The translations under genes were made by a program, and so were the position numbers. DNA of 41,320 nucleotides from an uncultured Methylomarinum sp. (GTDB lineage Bacteria > Pseudomonadota > Gammaproteobacteria > Methylococcales > Methylomonadaceae): the NCBI GenBank assembly GCA_964568245.1, contig CAZMQH010000001.1, forward strand, positions 1 through 41,320, given 5' to 3'. Each line of letters begins with the position of its first letter. Position 1 is the first letter of the stretch. Below, in pieces: positions 7,492 through 15,890 of the stretch. Under the pieces are notes generated by a model. That model saw only the letters and a program-made list of their open reading frames with translations, did no database searches and was not told the origin of the DNA.

Positions 7492-8403
7492 GTGAAGTTT
7501 TTAGCAGCATTTATAATGAAGGGTCGGATGCAAGCCATGATGGTTGCATCGTCTTTAGCGTTGTTGTCTTTACTTTTTCCTCCTGTAAGCATTGTAAGTT
7601 CAGCATCAGTTGCATTAGTCACTTTAAGGCGAGGCGCAAATGAAGGGCTTTATGTTCTCATCTTCTCTTGTCTTTCTGCCGCTGTATTAGGGTTTTTCCT
7701 TTTTGGAAATGTACAATTTGCGATACTTTATGGTGCCGTTTTATGGCTACCTATTTGGGTTATTTCAATTGTATTAAGAGAAGGGAAACATTTGTCTGTA
7801 GCGATACAGATGGCTGTATTATTTGGAATGATAGGCGTTATAGGCTTTTATCTTTTTGTTAATGATCCTGCTATTTTGTGGCAGTCTGTGCTAAATGTGA
7901 TGGCCCAACCTATGTTGGCAAATAATCCTGATGTGCCGGTTGAAGAGGTACAAAAATCAATAAAAGTATTTTCCCATTTTATGACGGGAGCTATTACAGC
8001 TGCAACAGTATATGGATTGCTTTTTGGTTTGTTTTTAGCTAGATGGTGGCAAGCAGTACTCTATAACCCCGGTGGTTTTAGAGAGGAATATTTATCAATT
8101 AGAGTTCATTCTAAAGTGGCAACGGCGAGTCTTTTTCTGGTTGCTGTCGCTTGGTTCTCATCAGGATCTGTGGCTGAGGTTTGTTGGAATATTTCGGTTT
8201 TATTGATTGTTTTATATGCATTTGTGGGGATGGCAGTATTACATGTTTCTTTTTCAGAAATGAAAATCAAACGATTTGCTGTTCCTTTTTTGTATATAAC
8301 CTTAGTGCTGGTTCCTCATGTTATAGCCATTGTTGTTATTGTTGGTGTCGTTGATGCTTGGCTGGACTTACGAAGTAAAATTTTAAATAAAAAGAACAGT
8401 TAA
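7492..8403 (+). CDS. polytopic inner-membrane protein (DUF2232-like) embedded in the ribosomal protein operon
   Basis: 303 aa, hydrophobic throughout, with about 8 predicted TM helices. It sits between rpsR and rplI. The start is GTG, with AGGGA 9-10 nt upstream. The exact start is uncertain. Confidence 0.7.
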   Translation: MKFLAAFIMKGRMQAMMVASSLALLSLLFPPVSIVSSASVALVTLRRGANEGLYVLIFSCLSAAVLGFFLFGNVQFAILYGAVLWLPIWVISIVLREGKHLSVAIQMAVLFGMIGVIGFYLFVNDPAILWQSVLNVMAQPMLANNPDVPVEEVQKSIKVFSHFMTGAITAATVYGLLFGLFLARWWQAVLYNPGGFREEYLSIRVHSKVATASLFLVAVAWFSSGSVAEVCWNISVLLIVLYAFVGMAVLHVSFSEMKIKRFAVPFLYITLVLVPHVIAIVVIVGVVDAWLDLRSKILNKKNS

Positions 8404-8449
8404 CTGTTCTTGTAATTCGATGGAAATCGATTTAAAAGGGGTATAAAAG

Positions 8450-8899
8450 ATGGAAGTTATTCTTCTTGAAAAAGTAGCTAATCTAGGAAACCTAGGTGAT
8501 AAAGTTACTATTAAGTCAGGTTACGGTAGAAATTATCTTGTTCCTCAAGGTAAAGCCGTTGCTGCAACAGCAGAAAAAATTAAAGAATTTGAAGCACGTC
8601 GTGCTGAGCTTGAAAAAGTAGCAGCAGAAAAATTAGCAGCTGCTAATAAACGTGGAGCTGCTTTAGAAAAATTAACTATTGTTATTTCGCATAAAGCGGG
8701 TGACGAAGGTAAATTATTTGGTTCTGTTGGAACACAAAATATTGCTGATGCAATTACTGAAGCAGGTGCTAAAGTTGAGAAACACGAAATCAGAATGCCT
8801 GATGGCGTGATTCGTAACATTGGTACTTATGCTATTGATGTAAATCTGCATACTGATGTTGTGAAAACAATGTCAATTGAGATTGCAGCTGAGGCATAA
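8450..8899 (+). CDS. rplI: 50S ribosomal protein L9
   Basis: The L9 N-domain [36 protein letters not shown] is present, in a 149-aa protein. Confidence 0.95.
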   Translation: MEVILLEKVANLGNLGDKVTIKSGYGRNYLVPQGKAVAATAEKIKEFEARRAELEKVAAEKLAAANKRGAALEKLTIVISHKAGDEGKLFGSVGTQNIADAITEAGAKVEKHEIRMPDGVIRNIGTYAIDVNLHTDVVKTMSIEIAAEA

Positions 8900-8904
8900 G
8901 TAAT

Positions 8905-9849
8905 ATGATCATCGTAACCGGAGGTGCTGGCTTTATAGGTAGTAACCTAGTACTGGGATTAAATCGGCGCGGTTACGATGACATTATTGTGGTAGATGAT
9001 CTGACGAATGGAGTTAAATATAAAAACTTGGTAGATTGTCAGATTGCAGATTATCTGGACAAAAAAGATTTTTTGCAAAAGATTCAGCAAGGTTATTTTC
9101 CAGCTGAACAAATAGACGCTATTTTTCATCAAGGGGCTTGTTCAGCCACAACAGAGTGGAATGGCCAGTACATGATGGAAAATAACTATGAGTACACTAA
9201 GATTTTATTTCATTATTGTCAGGCGCATAAAATCCCTCTGATTTATGCATCCAGTGCCGCGGTGTATGGATCTGATAATAATTTCAAAGAAAAACTAGAA
9301 TTTGAAGGGCCATTGAATGTTTATGGCTATTCAAAATTTCAATTCGATCAATATTTACGTAGACAGCAAGAAAAATTGACGGCACAAGTGGTTGGCTTGC
9401 GTTATTTTAATGTTTACGGTCCCCATGAAGAGCACAAAGGCAGTATGGCAAGTGTAGCTTTTCATCTAAATAATCAAATAAAAGAATCAGATACTATTCG
9501 CCTTTTTGAAGGCTGGGATGGCTATGAAAATGGTGAGCAACAGCGTGATTTTGTTTATGTGCAAGATGTTGTTGATATAAATTTATGGTTTTTAGATAAT
9601 CCACAAGTTTCAGGTATCTACAACACAGGAACAGGGCGTAGCCAGACATTTAATGATGTAGCTAATGCAGTGTTGGTCTACCACCAGAAAGGCACGTTAG
9701 AATACATTCCTTTCCCCGAGCATTTAAAAGGTTGTTATCAAAGTTTTACTGAAGCAAATTTAGAAAACTTAAGACAGGCTGGTTGTGATCATCAATTCAA
9801 ATCCGTTGAAGAAGGTGTTCATTTATATATGGAATGGCTGAATAAGTAA
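8905..9849 (+). CDS. hldD: ADP-L-glycero-D-manno-heptose 6-epimerase
   Basis: [14 protein letters not shown] Rossmann motif, YGYSK catalytic YxxxK, and a length of 314 aa typical of HldD/RfaD. Confidence 0.92.
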   Translation: MIIVTGGAGFIGSNLVLGLNRRGYDDIIVVDDLTNGVKYKNLVDCQIADYLDKKDFLQKIQQGYFPAEQIDAIFHQGACSATTEWNGQYMMENNYEYTKILFHYCQAHKIPLIYASSAAVYGSDNNFKEKLEFEGPLNVYGYSKFQFDQYLRRQQEKLTAQVVGLRYFNVYGPHEEHKGSMASVAFHLNNQIKESDTIRLFEGWDGYENGEQQRDFVYVQDVVDINLWFLDNPQVSGIYNTGTGRSQTFNDVANAVLVYHQKGTLEYIPFPEHLKGCYQSFTEANLENLRQAGCDHQFKSVEEGVHLYMEWLNK

Positions 9850-9873
9850 CCTAATTTCACATTATGGTGTTTT

Positions 9874-11142
9874 ATGCGGTTGGTATATACGTTATTGTTT
9901 TATCTTCTAACACCTTTTATTCTATTACGCCTGTTTTGGCGTGGCTTTAAGGCTCCGAAATATAGGAAGCGCTGGAAAGAACGTTTAGCAATTTATCCTA
10001 AAAAATTGCCAAACAATGTCATCTGGATTCATGCTGTCTCAGTAGGAGAGGCTGAAGCTGTATTTCCTTTGATTAAGCGATTACAACAGCAATTCCCTTT
10101 AGATAAATTTCTAGTTACCACTACCACACCGACTGGTTCTGCACGCGTTCAAGCGGTTTTAGCTGATTCAGTTAGTCATGTATATTTCCCTTATGATCTG
10201 CCCTGTGTGGTGAAGCGTTTTTTAACTGTTTTTAAGCCAAAGATTGCTATTGTTATGGAAAAAGAAATCTGGCCAAACCTTTATGCTAGCTGTGAAAAAT
10301 TCCAAATTCCTTTAATGATTATTAACGCAAGGTTATCGGCTAATTCTGCTAAAGGCTATAAAAAAATACCGGCTTTGGTTAAGCCAGCATTAGCCGCAGT
10401 AACATGGATAGCCACTCAAACAGAAGAAGATAAGCAACGTTTTATTGAAATTGGTGCGAGAGAAAATAGTACGACAGTGACTGGGAATTTGAAGTTTGAT
10501 TTAGCAATAGATGAACTGATTTTTCAGCAGGCTGCAGTTATTAAAAAACAACTGTTTATAGATCGTTTTGTATGGATTGTTGCGAGTACGCACGATAAGG
10601 AAGAACAGCTATTTTTTGATATTTACCCTAAATTAAAAAAGCAAATTCCAGAATTGTTATTAATGATTGTTCCTAGGCATCCCGAGCGGTTTTTAGTGGT
10701 AAAACAACTTGCTGAAAAAATGCAACTACAAACCTGTATGCGTAGTTTGAAGCAGCCATGTGTGGCAGAAACCGATGTCTATATTGCAGATACCATGGGG
10801 GAATTAAAACTACTTTATGCTACAGCAGATATTTGTTTTGTAGGGGGGAGTATGGTGCCCGTTGGCGGTCACAATATTTTAGAACCCGCAGCACTCGGAA
10901 CACCCATTATGTTTGGGCCGTATATGGTCAACTTTAAACAAATTACCAAAAATGTATTAGATTTAGAGGCAGCAATCCAGTGTGCTGATGAGAATGCTAT
11001 TAGCGATGTGGTGATACGATTATATGGTGATAATAAAGATAGAGCTGATATGGCAAATAAAGCCAAGCAGTTTGTAATCAGTAATCAAGGAGCAACAAAA
11101 AATACTGTGGAAATTATTGATAAGTTGATTTCTAAGGCCTAA
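9874..11142 (+). CDS. waaA: 3-deoxy-D-manno-octulosonic acid (Kdo) transferase
   Basis: 422 aa with an N-terminal membrane anchor, the WIHAVSVGE motif and a C-terminal GGSMVPVGGHNILEPAALGTPIMFGP segment characteristic of GT30 WaaA/KdtA. Confidence 0.92.
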   Translation: MRLVYTLLFYLLTPFILLRLFWRGFKAPKYRKRWKERLAIYPKKLPNNVIWIHAVSVGEAEAVFPLIKRLQQQFPLDKFLVTTTTPTGSARVQAVLADSVSHVYFPYDLPCVVKRFLTVFKPKIAIVMEKEIWPNLYASCEKFQIPLMIINARLSANSAKGYKKIPALVKPALAAVTWIATQTEEDKQRFIEIGARENSTTVTGNLKFDLAIDELIFQQAAVIKKQLFIDRFVWIVASTHDKEEQLFFDIYPKLKKQIPELLLMIVPRHPERFLVVKQLAEKMQLQTCMRSLKQPCVAETDVYIADTMGELKLLYATADICFVGGSMVPVGGHNILEPAALGTPIMFGPYMVNFKQITKNVLDLEAAIQCADENAISDVVIRLYGDNKDRADMANKAKQFVISNQGATKNTVEIIDKLISKA

Positions 11143-11158
11143 AAATAATTGGGATTGA

Positions 11159-11623
11159 TTAGTGGTTCATTACAAATATTAAGGTCATAAAAAATAGAAT
11201 TTCAAAGGAGAGGATGCGGCCTTGAATTTCAAGAATAGCTTGTTTGGCTGATGTTTGGGAATTGCTGGCTTTATGTTCACAATAAATGATTCCAATCAAT
11301 CCACTTGTTATCAAAAAAAACAAGAAATGATAGAGGTCTTCTCTATGGTGAAAAAGTAGGTCGGAAATTAAATGTGAAAGGATAAAGCCAAAAAAACTGG
11401 TGCTTACAAGCCACATACTGAATTCCATCGGGTAATACTTTATATGGAATGCCTCTTTGTTTTTTAAGTGATGCAGAATGTTAATTCTTGATGTTGCATA
11501 AAGAATAGGAAGATAGTAATAAAAAATAACGGCACTTAATGGATACATAGCAAAAGAAATATGCTTCATAAAAGATAATCCAAAGGCAATAATAATAGCT
11601 ATAAATAATGGAATAGAATGCAT
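11159..11623 (-). CDS. hypothetical small integral membrane protein (154 aa)
   Basis: ORF with 4-5 hydrophobic helices and several His residues (HHLKNKEAFH, LFHHRED). It converges on waaA. No family was recognised. Confidence 0.5.
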   Translation of the reverse strand: MHSIPLFIAIIIAFGLSFMKHISFAMYPLSAVIFYYYLPILYATSRINILHHLKNKEAFHIKYYPMEFSMWLVSTSFFGFILSHLISDLLFHHREDLYHFLFFLITSGLIGIIYCEHKASNSQTSAKQAILEIQGRILSFEILFFMTLIFVMNH

Positions 11624-11821
11624 AGTTGTTTTTAAACTAAAAAATGAGTGTTGGATAGAAGGTTTTTTTGAGCGATACAGATTAGGTTTGTATCGTGGTT
11701 TTAGTAGTCAATACATTGACTTGCTTGCTTATATTAACCATTATAGCTGATGCTGATAAATTGGCTATAATTTGCGATTTGATGGGGGTTTTATATCAGC
11801 GGAATAGGTGAAATCATGCCT

Positions 11822-11940
11822 TATAACTGCATGATGTAGGAACCTCCGCCCTCGGCGCGATTGATAATAGATTATTTTTAAAGAAAAGAGCATAACTTTA
11901 TTCGCGTGAAGGGTGGATGCTCCTACAAAGTACAGTTATT
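11822..11940. repeat. REP/MITE-like palindromic element (copy B)
   Basis: The arms TGTAGGAACCTCCGCCCTCGGCGCGA (11835-11860) and TCGCGTGAAGGGTGGATGCTCCTACA (11902-11927) are complementary at about 20 of 26 positions. The short flanking inverted repeat is ATAACTGCAT / GTACAGTTAT. The core 16-mer is identical to copy A, and the loop segment AGAAAAGAGCAT is the reverse complement of ATGCTCTTTTCT in copy A. Confidence 0.8.
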
Positions 11941-12003
11941 TAAAGACACTAATAATCACCCAGTTTTTTAATATAAATTAAAGAAGAGATAAAGAAAAGA
12001 GTA

Positions 12004-13290
12004 ATGAAACAAATTATATTGATAGTATTAGGGCTATTTCAAATTAACATGGTCTGTGCCAAATCTATTCAGACTATTAAAATTAGTTACATTACTCAGG
12101 AGCAAGAAATTCCATCAGCTTTATCAAATCTAGATGTTTTTATTCAAAATAAAGGCCTGATGGGTGCTAATATTGGCGTTGATGATAATAATACAACTGG
12201 ACAGTTTACCGGACAGAAATTTGAATTAAATAGAATTATTGTTCCTGTTGGGGCTGATGTTGTTCAGCTATTTGAGCAGCAGGTAGCTGATGATATACCT
12301 TTTATCATTACCAATTTACCTAAGCAGCAATTAAAGCAGCTGGCAGATCTATATTCGGCACAAGATAAGCTTTTTTTTGATGCCAGCACTACAGATGATG
12401 AATTAAGAAATAAACAGTGCAGGGATAATGTACTGCATATGCTGCCGAGTCGTGCGATGAGGGCAGATGCTCTTGCTCAGTATATGATGAAGAAAAAATG
12501 GACTCAGTGGTTTTTAGTCACCGGCATGACTGAAGAAGACCGGCTTTATGCAGAATCTTTAAAGCGAGCGGCCAAACGGTTTGGTATGAATATTGTTGCT
12601 GAAAAACAATGGACTCATACTTATGATGCACGTAGAACGGCTCAATCAGATGTGCCTGTTTTTACGCAAGGTGTAGATTATGATGTGCTGGTCGTTGCTG
12701 ATGAACAGGGCTTATTTGGTGAATACTTTGAGTACCGTAGTTGGAAACCTCGGCCCATTGTGGGTACTCAAGGTTTAGTGGCTACTGCATGGCATAAAAC
12801 GCATGAGCAATGGGGTGCGGTACAAATACAAAACCGTTTCAAGGTGTTGGCGGGACGCAGAATGCAAGAACAAGATTACGCGGCTTATTTAGCGGCTCGA
12901 TCAATAGGTGAGGCGGCGGTTAGAACTAAATCTAATAAAATGCAGGTGGTAAAAGATTATTTACTGGGTGATGAATTTGCATTGCAAGGGTATAAAGGAA
13001 AACCTTTATCTTTTAGGTCTTGGAATGGGCAGTTAAGACAGCCAGTATTATTGGCAGCAGCGAGATCCTTAGTGGCTGTTGCTCCTATTGATGGTTTTTT
13101 ACACCCTAAGACCGCATTAGATACCTTAGGTTTTGATCAGCCCGAATCAAGTTGTAATCGTGAACTATCAGCTGACAATGATACCTTATCAACAACACAA
13201 AATAATACCACGGCTGAAACTGAACTCACAATGGATAAACTTATTCAGCAGCTTAAAAATTACTATAATCGTTTAAATGGAAATAAATAA
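12004..13290 (+). CDS. periplasmic substrate-binding protein (LivK-like fold), PQQ-dehydrogenase-system associated type (PedA1-like)
   Basis: 428 aa with a signal peptide (MKQIILIVLGLFQINMVCA). It is the first gene of the binding protein / YVTN propeller / ABC ATPase / ABC-2 permease order that defines the PQQ-alcohol-dehydrogenase-associated transporter set. Confidence 0.7.
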   Translation: MKQIILIVLGLFQINMVCAKSIQTIKISYITQEQEIPSALSNLDVFIQNKGLMGANIGVDDNNTTGQFTGQKFELNRIIVPVGADVVQLFEQQVADDIPFIITNLPKQQLKQLADLYSAQDKLFFDASTTDDELRNKQCRDNVLHMLPSRAMRADALAQYMMKKKWTQWFLVTGMTEEDRLYAESLKRAAKRFGMNIVAEKQWTHTYDARRTAQSDVPVFTQGVDYDVLVVADEQGLFGEYFEYRSWKPRPIVGTQGLVATAWHKTHEQWGAVQIQNRFKVLAGRRMQEQDYAAYLAARSIGEAAVRTKSNKMQVVKDYLLGDEFALQGYKGKPLSFRSWNGQLRQPVLLAAARSLVAVAPIDGFLHPKTALDTLGFDQPESSCNRELSADNDTLSTTQNNTTAETELTMDKLIQQLKNYYNRLNGNK

Positions 13291-13291
13291 A

Positions 13292-14260
13292 ATGAAGCGA
13301 AGTCTATTAGGTGTTGTATTGGTACTGTCTACTTGTTTGAGTTTGGCGGTTCAAGCTGAACGCGTGATTGTGACTTTGGAAAAGGATAATGCATTGGCAA
13401 TCATTGACCCGATTGCAGGCAAGCTTATTAAAACGGTAGCTATAGGGCAGCGGCCAAGAGGTATCGCTTTGAGTCCTGATAATAAATATTTGTATGTTGC
13501 TACCAGTGATGATAATACGGTTAAGATTATTGATGCAGAGACTTATGAAGTTATAGGTCAATTACCATCAGGTGAAGATCCCGAAACCTTTGCATTAAGT
13601 CCAGCAGGTGACAGGTTATATGTTTCCAATGAAGATGATCATTTGGTTACGGTTATTGATATTGTTAACAAAAAGAAAATTGCTCAAATTAAAGTAGGAA
13701 TAGAGCCGGAAGGGATTGCAGTCAGTTCTGATAATCAATGGGTTGTTAGTGCATCTGAAACAACCAATATGATTCATTGGATTGATGTAAAAACAAATCA
13801 GATTGTTGAAAATACATTGGTTGATGCGCGGCCTCGGGCGGCTCAGTTTACCGCTGATAATACTCAGTTATGGGTCACTTCAGAAATGGCAGGTACCTTG
13901 ATGATATTAGATGTTGCTAGCAAGAAAATTATCAAAAAAATAAAGCTAGATATTCAAGGCTTAAGCACAGACAAAATTCAACCTGTGGGTGTAGTGATTG
14001 ATAAAGATAGGCGGTGGGGGTATGTGGCGATAGGTCCTGCTAATCGAGTTGCAGTAATTGATGCTCAAACATTAGAGGTTGAAAAGTTTTTATTGGTTGG
14101 GCAGCGTGTTTGGAATCTGGCTTTTTCACCTGATCAGAAAAGATTGTATACCACTAATGGACGAAGTAATGATATTTCAATCATTGATCTGGAAAATCAT
14201 AAAGTAATGAAATCGGTTGCTGTCGGGCGATTTCCTTGGGGAGTAGTTTCAAAGCCATGA
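13292..14260 (+). CDS. YVTN-family beta-propeller repeat protein (PedA2-like)
   Basis: Signal peptide MKRSLLGVVLVLSTCLSLAVQA. At least five repeats follow the pattern P.GIA.SPD...LYV.....N.V.VID, for example RPRGIALSPDNKYLYVATSDDNTVKIID and DPETFALSPAGDRLYVSNEDDHLVTVID. An alternative ATG at 13277 overlaps the preceding gene. Confidence 0.8.
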   Translation: MKRSLLGVVLVLSTCLSLAVQAERVIVTLEKDNALAIIDPIAGKLIKTVAIGQRPRGIALSPDNKYLYVATSDDNTVKIIDAETYEVIGQLPSGEDPETFALSPAGDRLYVSNEDDHLVTVIDIVNKKKIAQIKVGIEPEGIAVSSDNQWVVSASETTNMIHWIDVKTNQIVENTLVDARPRAAQFTADNTQLWVTSEMAGTLMILDVASKKIIKKIKLDIQGLSTDKIQPVGVVIDKDRRWGYVAIGPANRVAVIDAQTLEVEKFLLVGQRVWNLAFSPDQKRLYTTNGRSNDISIIDLENHKVMKSVAVGRFPWGVVSKP

Positions 14261-15006
14261 GTGATAAACAAAAGCCAGCATCACTTGAAGTTACAGATTT
14301 AAGTTTTTCCTACAGTGGAAAAAAAGCACTGGATAACGTGAGTTTTGTGGTAAATTCGGCGGAATGTACTATTTTATTAGGTCCTAATGGGGCGGGTAAG
14401 AGTACCTTGTTTTCTCTTATTACCCGTTTATATGACTCACGAATAGGTAAAATAAATCTTTGTGGCTTTGATATAAAGCAGCAAACACGAGAGGCATTGT
14501 CTAGCTTAGGTGTTGTGTTTCAGCAGACTACATTAGATTTGGATTTAACGGTTATGCAAAACCTGCGTTATCACACCGCACTTCATGGAATGAGTAGGAA
14601 ACAAGCTGATTTGAGAATTCAACAAGAGTTAGAAAGGTTGTCAATGTATGATCGGCGGTCGGAGAAAGTACGCCAATTGAATGGTGGGCATAAACGACGT
14701 GTTGAAATTGCTAGAGCATTATTGCATAAGCCTGCTCTATTGTTATTAGATGAACCTACGATAGGGCTTGATGTCCCAAGTAGGCAGTCTATTGTTGAAC
14801 ATCTACATAACTTAGTGAATGATCATGGTTTGTCTGTGCTTTGGGCAACCCATTTGATTGATGAAATTTATCCAAATGATAAGTTGATTGTGTTAGATAA
14901 AGGTCAAATAAAGTTTAATGGAGCCGTAGAGGGTGTATTAAAAGCTACAGAAACAAGCTCAATCAATGATGCTTTTAAGGTATTAACTCAAGGAGTGAGA
15001 GGATGA
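14257..15006 (+). CDS. ABC transporter ATP-binding protein (PedB-like)
   Basis: Walker A GPNGAGKST, signature LNGGHKRRVEIA and Walker B LLLLDEPT. The ATG at 14257 overlaps the upstream stop codon (ATGA). The ORF-track TTG at 14236 is less likely. Confidence 0.88.
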   Translation: MSDKQKPASLEVTDLSFSYSGKKALDNVSFVVNSAECTILLGPNGAGKSTLFSLITRLYDSRIGKINLCGFDIKQQTREALSSLGVVFQQTTLDLDLTVMQNLRYHTALHGMSRKQADLRIQQELERLSMYDRRSEKVRQLNGGHKRRVEIARALLHKPALLLLDEPTIGLDVPSRQSIVEHLHNLVNDHGLSVLWATHLIDEIYPNDKLIVLDKGQIKFNGAVEGVLKATETSSINDAFKVLTQGVRG

Positions 15007-15806
15007 ATATTGTTCATTATTGGCGGGCAATGTGGGGCATTATTGGGCGAGAGCTTTGGCGTTTCGTTAAGCAGCGAGAGCGGTTTGTTTCAGCTTTAGT
15101 GCGACCTTTAGTTTGGCTGTTTATTTTTGCAGCTGGTTTTAGAGCGGCGTTAGGGCTAGCAATTACACCACCTTATGAAACCTATATTTTATACGAAGTA
15201 TATATTACTCCAGGTTTGATGGGGATGATTCAGCTTTTTAATGGTATGCAAAGTTCTTTATCAATGGTTTATGACAGAGAGATGGGGAGTATGCGAATTT
15301 TAATGGTTTGCCCGTTACCTCGTTGGTTTTTATTAATGAGTAAGTTAATAGCAGGAGTCGCTGTTTCAATTTTACAAGTTTATGTGTTTTTGTTAGTAGC
15401 CTGGTTTTATGATATTGAGGCACCTTTAGAGGGTTATTTTTATGTGCTTCCTGCCTTAATGCTTGCTGGAGCCATGCTGGGAGCTTTAGGGTTATTGCTG
15501 TCATCTTTTATTAAGCAATTAGAGAATTTTTCTGGTGTGATGAATTTTGTGATTTTTCCTATGTTTTTTATGTCTACTGCCTTATATCCCTTATGGAAAA
15601 TGAAAGAATCAAGTGAATGGTTGCATCACCTTGCTTTTTTTAATCCTTTTTCTCAGGCCGTTGAATTAATAAGGTTTGCTTTCTATGGACAATTTAATAG
15701 CTTTGCTTTTACTTACACTTTAGTTGCTTTTTTGGTTTTTATGACGATTGCTGTTGTGGGGTACAATCCATCAAAAGGTATGATGATGAAAAAAGGAGGA
15801 AGGTAG
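15003..15806 (+). CDS. ABC-2 type transporter permease (PedC-like)
   Basis: 267 aa with six hydrophobic helices. An ATGA overlap links it to the ATPase gene. Confidence 0.85.
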   Translation: MNIVHYWRAMWGIIGRELWRFVKQRERFVSALVRPLVWLFIFAAGFRAALGLAITPPYETYILYEVYITPGLMGMIQLFNGMQSSLSMVYDREMGSMRILMVCPLPRWFLLMSKLIAGVAVSILQVYVFLLVAWFYDIEAPLEGYFYVLPALMLAGAMLGALGLLLSSFIKQLENFSGVMNFVIFPMFFMSTALYPLWKMKESSEWLHHLAFFNPFSQAVELIRFAFYGQFNSFAFTYTLVAFLVFMTIAVVGYNPSKGMMMKKGGR

Positions 15807-15890
15807 TATAAGTGATTGAAAATAAAGGTGATATATCTAAAAAATAGTCTAAACTGAATCCATCTCATCGTAAAATTTATTAGGTAATTT

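Noticed and set aside
7668-7862. 64-aa alternative-frame ORF inside the membrane protein gene
   Set aside because: It lies on the same strand, out of frame within a longer hydrophobic ORF. It is Cys- and Arg-rich with no support.
8545-8820. 91-aa antisense ORF within rplI
   Set aside because: It is antisense to a highly conserved ribosomal protein gene.
13307-13561. 84-aa antisense ORF within the beta-propeller gene
   Set aside because: It is embedded antisense and has no motifs.
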